From NCBI GenBank assembly GCA_963676835.2, contig CAXXFF010000001.1, positions 704,001 to 768,000 of the forward strand: a DNA stretch of 64,000 bases, in the 5' to 3' direction. Below are positions 1 through 8,672 of this stretch, piece by piece. The notes beneath the pieces were generated by a model. The model did not search any database and was not told the DNA's origin. It saw nothing but the letters and a program-made list of their open reading frames with translations. Origin of the DNA: Marispirochaeta sp. GTDB taxonomy: Bacteria; Spirochaetota; Spirochaetia; JC444; Marispirochaetaceae. The translations under genes were made by a program, and so were the position numbers. Numbering within the stretch: position 1 is the first letter of the stretch; every line of letters starts with the position of its first letter.

Positions 1-281
1 AAGGACATATCAAGTTTATCAGAGACAATCTGCTTTATCAGGGGAACCGCAGTGGTATCGGTGGTTGCCGTCAGGGCCTGTATAAGAATGTTCCAGATAC
101 GGTCCCAGTCGTAACCGGGGAAAAAGTTGGCTGAAGAGAGGGTGGGAAACAGCTGCCGGGAGTTTGCCGTGAGAAAATGGAGAACCTGCTCCTCTTTCTG
201 AAAGGGGTTTTGATCCGCCAGGGCGGGATTTGCCAGTAGCCGGGAGATAAAAGCTTCTGCTTTGGCGGCTTCGCTGCTCAT
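1..281 (-). CDS. hypothetical protein; 5' part only, runs off the window start
   Basis: Not in the ORF track. From ATG at 281 the minus strand reads MSSEAAKAEAFISRLLANPALADQNPFQKEEQVLHFLTANSRQLFPTLSS... with no stop to position 1. Divergent from the large gene at 364. Confidence 0.7.
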   Translation of the reverse strand, partial: MSSEAAKAEAFISRLLANPALADQNPFQKEEQVLHFLTANSRQLFPTLSSANFFPGYDWDRIWNILIQALTATTDTTAVPLIKQIVSDKLDMS

Positions 282-363
282 AATAGGTCTACCTTATCCG
301 TCTCTCCGGTTTTTTTTCTGCAAAAATCCCGGTGCTTGTGCTATTGTTTCCAACTATAGAGTA

Positions 364-3300
364 ATGCACCGATCAGATCTTAGCAAGGCTATTTTGATTC
401 TCCTCTTTTTCACCTTTTTTACCCTCCTTTCGGTAAATACCGCCGCAGAAGATGAGGTACTGCTGCCGGAGGAGGAAGCACCGAAAGCCCTCTTTGAAAC
501 AAACCTGGGAGATGCCGATGTTGATCTCTATCTTGACGGCACCTGGACCATCGACAGCAGCCTTGGTGCAGTATGGGGCACCCCGGGTCCGGTGAGTGCC
601 GCCGTCCCCGGATTCAGCTCCGGTTTTCTCTTTGACCAGATTCCGGACCTCACTTTATCTCTCTGGCTTATGGACCGCTACTTCTTTGAAACAAGCCTCA
701 GTGAAGACTCCGATTACAATACCTACCTCTTTGGTTATGAAGGCAAGGAGGGAGAACTCCTGCAGCATGCCAGGCTGGGGAACACCGCCACCTTTATCGA
801 GTCCACTCCCCTGATGGAGGTTCCGGATCACCCTGCAGGCGCGCTTGGAGCTTCAGCTACCATGGAAACAGATATCAGCCGTCACGAACTGCTGCTGCGC
901 TATCAGAAAACTTCAAGGATAAGCAGAACCTACTCGGGTACCTCCGAAATTGAAGAGCTGAATCTCGACCCGGGAGAGTACATACGGGGAAGGTATTTTC
1001 TGCTTCCCGATGAAGACATAGAGAATGCCGTGGTCTACCTGGAGGATAGCGACGGTGAGTATACCGGCGACGACGGCAGCACCTACCGGGAAGCCACGGA
1101 ATACGAAGCATCGGTCTCCGCGGAGGAGGGTTTTGTTGCCCTGACCTCCCGCCCGGCAGGCAGGGTCCTGGTCTATTACACCAAAGACAGCTATTCCGTG
1201 GGAGATTCAAATATCGGGCAGGATGCCCTTGCCGGGCTTAACGGCAGCAGCCAGCCGGACCCTTCCGCGGCGGAAGAAGATTTCTACTGGACCGCAGCGG
1301 ATTATGCAGGCATCGATTTTGATGCGGAGCTTCAGGTAACGGTGAACGGCACCACCTCCCTGCTTCTCTGGGACGGCGGGGCCTGGTCTCCCTTCGAGTT
1401 TCAGGCGGTCTATTCATCCACCGGCGCCTCTTCCGGAAGCACCGTGGAGGTTGAACTGCGGGAATCCGGCGCGGAGGAGGCAACAGCCAGCCTTGAAGGG
1501 GAATACGGATCCGGCAGCCTTACCCTGATCCCCTCCGGATTCAACCGTGCCTCCACCCGCTATCCCCTTGCAGACCTTATTCCCGAAGCCTACGGGCCTG
1601 ACAGGGAGGCCCTGCTGCCGTGGTACCTATGGTACGTGCAGGAATCCGGTACCAGCGTTATCAGTGTTCCCTCTTCGGCTATAGAAGGCACTGTACGGGT
1701 TACGGTAAACGGCAGGGAGGAAAAACGCTTTTCCCGTCTGTCCGACGGAACCCTGGAGTTCTTTTTTACCCTCTATCCCAGCGACAGCGTGGAAGTAAGC
1801 TATGAACTCCCAGACGACACTGCCTCCGGGGCGGACCTGCTCTTTATCTCTTCCAACAGCTTCAATCCTTTTCAGCGTATACCGGATCTTACTTTAAGGG
1901 CGGATCTAGGGCTGCGCTGGAATGTTGATCTTGATCAGGGCTACTCAGAGGAGTACGACCAGAGCCCGGGAAGCCTGCTGGCAACTGCCGGAGCTTCCCT
2001 TGAGAAGGAGACTGCAGGCTTTACCATAAACGGCGGCGTTTCCCTGGGGACCCACGATACCCGGGGCTACCTGCGCCTGGCAGGAATGGACACCGGGGCA
2101 ACCGGTTTTTCCATAAGCGGACACACCCTGTTTCCGGCGGCTCCTTCCGCTTCCTATGCTGCAGCAAGTCTTGGAGAACTGAGCTATACGGATTACTACA
2201 AATACCTGGATACCGGCGGCAGCAGCCTGCAGGAATATACCTGGACACCTCCATCCGATCAGGTCTACGCCTATGGCGACGGTAATCCCGTTGGGCCCTC
2301 GGTCTCCCTGGCTGAGGATGATGACATCGACGGCCGGGTCGCGGTTCTGGACTACAGCCTCGATGATGGCGAATGGGTGGGCGCCCAGATAAATGCCGGG
2401 GATACACTGGACCTTTCCGGAGCCGCGGCAGTCTCCTTCAGATACAGGCTTACCAATACAGGAGGAGGAACCCCGGCACTTATCTTCCGCGCCGGTGCTG
2501 TTTCTGAAGACATTGATGATGACGGTATACTGGACAACGAAAGCGGCGCCTATGATACCGGTTTCGACTACAACATTGCCGGTGACACTCTTTATGTAGG
2601 CGGTGGGGGAAACGGCCCCCGGGGAGAGTACGGAAACGGATCGGAAGAGACCGAGGATGCCGACGGGAACGATCTCTTAAACCCGGAAGTCAGTTCCCGC
2701 ACCGTAACCCTCACCCCGCCCTCGGGAACAAGCGTAGACGGGGTCTGGCACACCGTCTACATTCCCCTCTCCCGGGCGGAGAGAAGCGCACTTTCGTCCA
2801 CCAGGGCAGTTCAGATTCTACTGGAAAACAGCGGAGTAACCTCTTCCGGAAAGCTTCTCATCGGAGAAGTGCAGTTTCAGGGGACCGGATTTGTTCCCGT
2901 CAACACGAACACCTCCGTAAGCGAGCTCTCTGAATATGAGCTTGAAAGCGGTGAAGCACCGACACAGAAGCTCTATGCGGCCTACGATCTGGTGGATACC
3001 CGTTTTAATGACGGCAACGACGACCAGCAGGTGATGCGGATGGAATGGTCCGGAGGAGCTGCAGAAGCGGCAGGGCCCCTGAATGAGGTTCCCCTTTCCG
3101 CCTACGATACCCTGCGCTTCTACTACCGGCTGGAAGCCGCCACAGGAGATACGGAAGACATTCAGCTCGATATTGAAGGGGACGAAGGAACCTTCTCTAT
3201 CAGCCTCAATACAATCAATACTTCAACAGAATGGAGTGAAGTTGAGGTGGACCTTGCAAATAGAACAGTATCTGTCCAGGGTGATACTCCGGCATCCTCT

Positions 3301-5103
3301 ACTGTAAGCGGAAGCCGGGATATCGTCGTCAGACGGGCGCGGATAAGCACGTCCACCAGTGACGGGGTTCTTTTTCTCGACGAACTGCATCTGGCAGACC
3401 CGGTTTCCGCCGCCGATTTCGGCGTGGTAAGCAGTGCCCGCTACTCCCGTCCGGGAGAAATTCTTTCCGCAGGCGGGATACCCCTGCTGGGCAACTTCAC
3501 CTGGGCCGGAAGCTCCCGGATAGCTTCCTCCGGCTTCGGCACCGGCTTCTCCGCTGCCGACGGCCGGGTCTACCGGGTCTATCAGGAAGCGGCTTTTTCA
3601 ACCCTCTGGTCCCGGGCGGACCTGTCTCTCACTGTCAGAGAGGGAGAATCGGGAGTCGAGACAGCCGGCAGCCACAGCCTTACCATCCCGGAAAACGGCC
3701 CGGTCCAGCTGAATGAAAACTACTCCCATGAGCCATCGGGAAGCACCTTCAGCTACAGCAGGGGAGATGCCCTCAGGCTCAGCCTGCCGGGATTTTCAGC
3801 AGCCGCCGGTGCCGCAGTCTCAGGGGATGAAGAGAGCCTGACACAGACATGGACCGCCGCGGCCTCGGCAGACTCCCGCTTCATATCCCTGTCCCCCTCA
3901 CTGAGCTTCAGTAATACCCTCACGGACACGGTACTCGACCCGGAAAACTATGGTGCCGGCTGGATGAATGCAACAGAACTGCTCCTTTACCGGGAAGATT
4001 CCACCCCGGGAAGCAGAAGTGTATATCTGGATCTGCCCCTGGAGAGCACTCCCTCAAATGACCTGAATCTCTCACTGGCCTCATCAGCATCCTCGGCACG
4101 CTACGGCACGGAAGAGAGGCTGCAGCTGGACAGTATGGAAACGCTATTCTCTCTGGAAGGAGTTCTCTTTCCCATGCACCCCTACCAGCTAAAATACCTG
4201 CTCAGCTACAACCGGGATTTTTCCGGAGAATGGAGCACCGCATCTTTCAACCGGGGAGAACATGCCTTTTCCGGGGATATCTCCTCCTGGGCGGAAACTG
4301 CAGGAAGTCAGGGCTATTTTCTTACCTCCCTGCCGGGAAGAGAGATATTTTTCCAGAGTGAAAAAGACCGGTTCACAAGCGGAACCGAAGGCTTTGAAGA
4401 AGCACAGTACTCACCCTCCTTGAACCTGTCATTAAAACGGCCCTTTTCCTCCCGCTTCAGCGACCTGATCATCCCCTCAACTCTCTCCTTCTCCACCGGC
4501 AGGGACTATCTGCGGGAGTACGATACGGTAAGCAGCTCCTTCACCACCGCCACAAGTGCAACCATGACAGCGGTAAACCTCACAGGAACCATGGGTGCCT
4601 ACCCGCTGGTTTCCTGGTACGAATCGGACGAAATAATCACCTCGGTGAATGTAACAACCCTGCAGGAGGAAGAACTCGAAGTCGCCTGGAGTGCAGATAA
4701 CACCCTTCGTCTTTACGGACACGACGACGGTACCCTGAGTTTAAAGAACAGTTTCTCCTGGGATTCCGACTATAACGGCATTACATGGAACAGCAGTTTT
4801 GAGATGCGCTGGTTTCAGAATGTTGAGAATCCCCTGCAGCTGCCCCTCCCGATTAATCTTATCCCCGACGGCGATCAGCGATTACGCCATACCAGTGAAC
4901 TGGAATTCGAACTGAGTCCCGGAGATGAAAGCTGGGAGCGTTCAGGGTCACTCAAACAGTCCGGCGCCCTGCTCTTCGGCGCACAAAGCAGCATAGAAGT
5001 CTATGCCGCCTTCGGGTTTGACAGTACCGGCATGGATGGATACGACAGTTCACTTAACTTTTTTGCCCTTGAAGCGGGAATTACCGGAGTATTTTCCTTC
5101 TGA
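364..5103 (+). CDS. very large exported / outer-membrane protein with SprA-like motifs
   Basis: ORF 262..5103; ATG at 364 gives a signal peptide (MHRSDLSKAILILLFFTFFTLLSVNTAA). Rich in alternating beta-strand segments, ends in Phe (GITGVFSF). Motifs IEGTVRVTVNG, GAVSEDIDDDG, GNGSEETEDADGN and WHTVYIPL resemble SprA. The CDS is solid; the product is tentative. Confidence 0.6.
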   Translation: MHRSDLSKAILILLFFTFFTLLSVNTAAEDEVLLPEEEAPKALFETNLGDADVDLYLDGTWTIDSSLGAVWGTPGPVSAAVPGFSSGFLFDQIPDLTLSLWLMDRYFFETSLSEDSDYNTYLFGYEGKEGELLQHARLGNTATFIESTPLMEVPDHPAGALGASATMETDISRHELLLRYQKTSRISRTYSGTSEIEELNLDPGEYIRGRYFLLPDEDIENAVVYLEDSDGEYTGDDGSTYREATEYEASVSAEEGFVALTSRPAGRVLVYYTKDSYSVGDSNIGQDALAGLNGSSQPDPSAAEEDFYWTAADYAGIDFDAELQVTVNGTTSLLLWDGGAWSPFEFQAVYSSTGASSGSTVEVELRESGAEEATASLEGEYGSGSLTLIPSGFNRASTRYPLADLIPEAYGPDREALLPWYLWYVQESGTSVISVPSSAIEGTVRVTVNGREEKRFSRLSDGTLEFFFTLYPSDSVEVSYELPDDTASGADLLFISSNSFNPFQRIPDLTLRADLGLRWNVDLDQGYSEEYDQSPGSLLATAGASLEKETAGFTINGGVSLGTHDTRGYLRLAGMDTGATGFSISGHTLFPAAPSASYAAASLGELSYTDYYKYLDTGGSSLQEYTWTPPSDQVYAYGDGNPVGPSVSLAEDDDIDGRVAVLDYSLDDGEWVGAQINAGDTLDLSGAAAVSFRYRLTNTGGGTPALIFRAGAVSEDIDDDGILDNESGAYDTGFDYNIAGDTLYVGGGGNGPRGEYGNGSEETEDADGNDLLNPEVSSRTVTLTPPSGTSVDGVWHTVYIPLSRAERSALSSTRAVQILLENSGVTSSGKLLIGEVQFQGTGFVPVNTNTSVSELSEYELESGEAPTQKLYAAYDLVDTRFNDGNDDQQVMRMEWSGGAAEAAGPLNEVPLSAYDTLRFYYRLEAATGDTEDIQLDIEGDEGTFSISLNTINTSTEWSEVEVDLANRTVSVQGDTPASSTVSGSRDIVVRRARISTSTSDGVLFLDELHLADPVSAADFGVVSSARYSRPGEILSAGGIPLLGNFTWAGSSRIASSGFGTGFSAADGRVYRVYQEAAFSTLWSRADLSLTVREGESGVETAGSHSLTIPENGPVQLNENYSHEPSGSTFSYSRGDALRLSLPGFSAAAGAAVSGDEESLTQTWTAAASADSRFISLSPSLSFSNTLTDTVLDPENYGAGWMNATELLLYREDSTPGSRSVYLDLPLESTPSNDLNLSLASSASSARYGTEERLQLDSMETLFSLEGVLFPMHPYQLKYLLSYNRDFSGEWSTASFNRGEHAFSGDISSWAETAGSQGYFLTSLPGREIFFQSEKDRFTSGTEGFEEAQYSPSLNLSLKRPFSSRFSDLIIPSTLSFSTGRDYLREYDTVSSSFTTATSATMTAVNLTGTMGAYPLVSWYESDEIITSVNVTTLQEEELEVAWSADNTLRLYGHDDGTLSLKNSFSWDSDYNGITWNSSFEMRWFQNVENPLQLPLPINLIPDGDQRLRHTSELEFELSPGDESWERSGSLKQSGALLFGAQSSIEVYAAFGFDSTGMDGYDSSLNFFALEAGITGVFSF

Positions 5104-5152
5104 TCGGGATCATGTTCCCGGAAGAATCCTCCTTGTATATCGGATTGAGAAA

Positions 5153-5180
5153 TTGTAGTTTAATAAAAGTGGAGTATACT
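5153..5180 (+). promoter_or_regulatory. sigma70-type promoter candidate
   Basis: TTGTAG-N16-TATACT in an AT-rich intergenic region ahead of the AGGAGA RBS and ATG 5232. Confidence 0.45.
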
Positions 5181-5231
5181 TAATTATATATGGACAGCAG
5201 ATTAAACTGCGGCTGTATAAGGAGAAAGATA

Positions 5232-6548
5232 ATGGGAGAACGATCATTCCGCCTGCTTTTAGCATCAGCTTTGCTCATTATGGCATCTGCCCTGTGGGCC
5301 GAGTCCGACGGTGAAAGCGGTTTCGATTTCGGTCTCGGCATCGATATCGGTGCTGTAGGCTTTCAGGAAAACGGAGAAACCGTAGCCTACCAGAGACTGG
5401 TACTCAAGCCCGATTTCTCCATTGGTAAATTCGGTCTTGGTCTCTGGATTCCCCTGCACTACCGTTTTACCGAAGACGGTACCGATTTCAGGGAGGAAGA
5501 CTGGGAGGTTCAGGACGGCGAGTCGGCCCTTGAAAAATACCTCCCGATTTTCAGCTATATCCGCTACGGTCATAAAGGGGACGACTTTTACACAAAAATC
5601 GGCTCCATAGAAGACGGTACCCTTGGAAACGGTTTTATCATGGGGGGATATGCAAACACCCACTTTCTGCCGGATACCCGCATAATCGGCCTCAGCCTGG
5701 ATCTTGACGGAAATCTGGTTAACTTCCCCTATGTCGGGGTGGAAACCTTTGTGGGCAACCTGGCGGTAATGGATGTAATCGGCGCCAGGGTATACGCCAG
5801 ACCCCTGGCAGATACCAGCCTGCCCCTGCTTCCGGAACTCCAGATAGGCACAACCTTTGCCACCGACCGGGAACCCGATGCCCAGTATGACTTTACCGCC
5901 GGTTCCCCCGATGCGGTGCAGATGTTCGGTTTCGACCTGCGTCAGCCGATTCTGGATAATCCCGCAGTCAGCCTGGCGGCTTTCAGCGATGTGGTCTTTC
6001 AGGATGAGGCCCTGGGAGGAATGATCGGAGCCGGCGGACGCTTTGTTCAGCATATTCTCTACGGCGCCCAGATGCGCTTTCTTGGTGAGGATTTTATTCC
6101 CGTCTACTTCGACGGCCAGTACGACCTCTACCGGGAGGCCAAATACGCCGTCTACAGCGGTGCGGAGACAATTCCAGCCTATGCCGGCTGGTATGCCAGC
6201 CTCGGTTTTGCCTTTTTGCAGGACACGGTTGTTTTTCTTTCAAGCATCGAAGGAAGCTTTGCAGAACCGGAAAACGACCTGGAATATCCCCATATCAATG
6301 CCACCCTCAAAATCGGTGAAGGCCTTCTCCCGGGAATATACTTTGATGCAAGCTACGATAAGCGGGTACTCAAAAGCTGGGAAGACTTTACCACTGCGGA
6401 TAACTCTGTTATCGGGGCCGGTATAAACTATAAAACCGGCAACGCGGTGATCACCCTGGCCTACACCCTGCGCTATGATCCCGATGCCGCAGCCGGTGAT
6501 GATCCCTGGATAACCACAGCCAATCTCTCCACCTCGGTGGCATTCTGA
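5232..6548 (+). CDS. putative outer-membrane beta-barrel protein
   Basis: RBS AGGAGA before ATG 5232, signal peptide ending ALWA, amphipathic beta-strands, C-terminal LSTSVAF. Paralogous to the C-terminal part of the next gene. Confidence 0.65.
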   Translation: MGERSFRLLLASALLIMASALWAESDGESGFDFGLGIDIGAVGFQENGETVAYQRLVLKPDFSIGKFGLGLWIPLHYRFTEDGTDFREEDWEVQDGESALEKYLPIFSYIRYGHKGDDFYTKIGSIEDGTLGNGFIMGGYANTHFLPDTRIIGLSLDLDGNLVNFPYVGVETFVGNLAVMDVIGARVYARPLADTSLPLLPELQIGTTFATDREPDAQYDFTAGSPDAVQMFGFDLRQPILDNPAVSLAAFSDVVFQDEALGGMIGAGGRFVQHILYGAQMRFLGEDFIPVYFDGQYDLYREAKYAVYSGAETIPAYAGWYASLGFAFLQDTVVFLSSIEGSFAEPENDLEYPHINATLKIGEGLLPGIYFDASYDKRVLKSWEDFTTADNSVIGAGINYKTGNAVITLAYTLRYDPDAAAGDDPWITTANLSTSVAF

Positions 6549-6570
6549 TTCGGACAATAAGGAGGATAGA

Positions 6571-8649
6571 ATGAAACGCCTGATAACCCTGATACCCTTC
6601 CTCATCCTGCTGGCAGCCGCCGCTTTTGCCCAGGAAACCCTGGAGCCTGTGGCCCTGCTGGAATACTATGACGATGAGTTTGAAATAGAAGTATATGATA
6701 TTGACGGAAATATGGTGGAGGAGCTCTTTTACGGCATGGAGCTTATGCCGGGAGACCGGATAAAAACCCTCTCCAGTTCCGCGGAAATCCGCCTGGATCC
6801 CAATGGTTCCATAGTGAAGCTCTCGGAAAACACCGAGTTTATTATTGAATCACTCCAGAGAGACGAACAGACAGCCAATGAGTTTACCCTCTTCGGCGGA
6901 AAAATTCGCACCGTAGCCGCCAAGATCGGCGTTTTTCAGCGCAACAACTACTCCATTCAGACCCCGTCCGCCGTTGCCGGCGTAAGGGGAACCGATTTCG
7001 GTCTGGAGGTTGTCCCCTCCCTCTCGGATGCCGCCTTCGTATTTGAAGGAGCCATCGAATACACCAGTCTGGCCACGGGCAAGGCTGTTAACCTTGGAGC
7101 CGGTCAGTTTGCCGATGCCCTGGGATCAAGCTTCGAGGCAGTGAATCTGAGCACTGAGCGGCTGGCCACTCTTTATCAGAACCTGCAGTTTACCAACCTT
7201 AATCCCGAGGAGGTTCCCGGCTATGTTGCTCCGGTGGTTAAGGAAGAAAAGAAGGCCCCGGAACCGGTGGAGGAAGCTCCTGCCGTAACTGAAGAGGAGG
7301 CTCCGGCCGAAGATAGCGCGGTAATGAACTTCCTTGCCCAGTACATGGGAATGGAAATCGGTACAGTAACCATCGATGGTGTCACCTATTCCAAACTGAT
7401 TTTGCAGCCCACCTTCAATGTGGGAAAATTCGGCATATCCCTTTACCTGCCGGTAATCTACAATACCAATCTTTTCGATCCCGATGACTGGTACCGGCCT
7501 GAAGATAACTATGAGTGGTCCTTCGGTACCGATCAGAACAGCATTGAAGACGGCACAAAAGACGCCATCCGCGACCTTGTTCTGAAGATCCGCTACATAG
7601 AATACGGCGACAACCGGGACACGGTATTCTTCAAAGTGGGCAACTACGACGATGTCACCATGGGACACGGAATTCTGATGAACCGCTTTGCCAACGATAC
7701 CGACTTTCCCGCAGTGCGCCGGGTTGGAATCAACGGCGGCGTAAACTCAAGCAAATGGACCCTTGAATCAGTAGTAAACGACCTTGCCGAACCGGAGATT
7801 ATGGGAGCCCGTATCGGCTACCGTCCCCTTGGAAGCGTCTTTCCCCTGGGATTCGGCGTCTCCTCCATTATGGATATCAACCCGGATGCGGATAATGCCT
7901 ACGGCGACCCGATACTCCTGAATCCTGCCCTGGATACGGAGTTTCCCCTGGTGGATAACGACAGCCTCTCCATTGTGGCCTATGCGGATATTGCAACCAC
8001 GGTGCCCTATTTCCGTGACAGCTACGGAACAAATGTAACTGCCGGCTGGCAGACGGATTTCTTTTATGATGATACGGCCGGAAGTTTTCTTGAAGGATTC
8101 CGCAATTACGGCTGGAATGCTGGAGTGCTCGGTAATATCTCAATCATGAGCTACAAACTTGAATACCAGTACGGTAATGGCATATTTTCAAACGGTCTGT
8201 ACGGACCAACCTACGAAAGATACAGAAATGAATACGGCTCTTATATTGCCCTAACTACCGAGTACCTTGATTTTATAGAAGATTATGAAACACAGGGAAT
8301 CTACGGTGAAGCGGGATTTGAAATTCCCAATATCCTGCTCATGGAAGCAGGATACCGCATGGCCTGGGATGATGACGGGCTCAACGGGACTGCCGACCTG
8401 TTCCATCTTCAGCTGACTGTTCCGACCATCCCCTTCATCGGCCTGAGTGCAGGACTGGGAATGGACACCGTGGGCTTTGCAGATGATATTATACACCGGA
8501 CCCTTTTTGATGAAGGCACAGCCCTCTACGGCGAACTGGTCTATCCCATTGCACCGACCCTCAAACTTGCGGCGGTGCTTACCAACTTTGTCAACGCCGA
8601 CGGAGATGCGAACTTCGCAGTCTCCATCGAAACCAGGGTGGCCTTTTAG
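6571..8649 (+). CDS. FecR-domain protein fused to a putative beta-barrel
   Basis: RBS AGGAGG and signal peptide (AFA). FecR-like motifs GDRIKT..AEIRLDPNGSIVKLSENT and IQTPSAVAGVRGTDF, then an E/P/A-rich linker and a barrel paralogous to 5232..6548. Ends in ETRVAF. Confidence 0.7.
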   Translation: MKRLITLIPFLILLAAAAFAQETLEPVALLEYYDDEFEIEVYDIDGNMVEELFYGMELMPGDRIKTLSSSAEIRLDPNGSIVKLSENTEFIIESLQRDEQTANEFTLFGGKIRTVAAKIGVFQRNNYSIQTPSAVAGVRGTDFGLEVVPSLSDAAFVFEGAIEYTSLATGKAVNLGAGQFADALGSSFEAVNLSTERLATLYQNLQFTNLNPEEVPGYVAPVVKEEKKAPEPVEEAPAVTEEEAPAEDSAVMNFLAQYMGMEIGTVTIDGVTYSKLILQPTFNVGKFGISLYLPVIYNTNLFDPDDWYRPEDNYEWSFGTDQNSIEDGTKDAIRDLVLKIRYIEYGDNRDTVFFKVGNYDDVTMGHGILMNRFANDTDFPAVRRVGINGGVNSSKWTLESVVNDLAEPEIMGARIGYRPLGSVFPLGFGVSSIMDINPDADNAYGDPILLNPALDTEFPLVDNDSLSIVAYADIATTVPYFRDSYGTNVTAGWQTDFFYDDTAGSFLEGFRNYGWNAGVLGNISIMSYKLEYQYGNGIFSNGLYGPTYERYRNEYGSYIALTTEYLDFIEDYETQGIYGEAGFEIPNILLMEAGYRMAWDDDGLNGTADLFHLQLTVPTIPFIGLSAGLGMDTVGFADDIIHRTLFDEGTALYGELVYPIAPTLKLAAVLTNFVNADGDANFAVSIETRVAF

Positions 8650-8672
8650 AAGCCTGCTTTTTAGGAGAACAG

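Noticed and set aside
262..363. Upstream TTG extension of the large OM protein
   Set aside because: It overlaps the divergent gene's start and buries the signal peptide; ATG 364 fits better.
5265..6053. Long antisense ORFs (also 11577..12296, 13240..13809, 34696..35280, 37291..37920 and others)
   Set aside because: They lie wholly opposite well-supported genes and have no recognisable motifs, as expected at this GC content.
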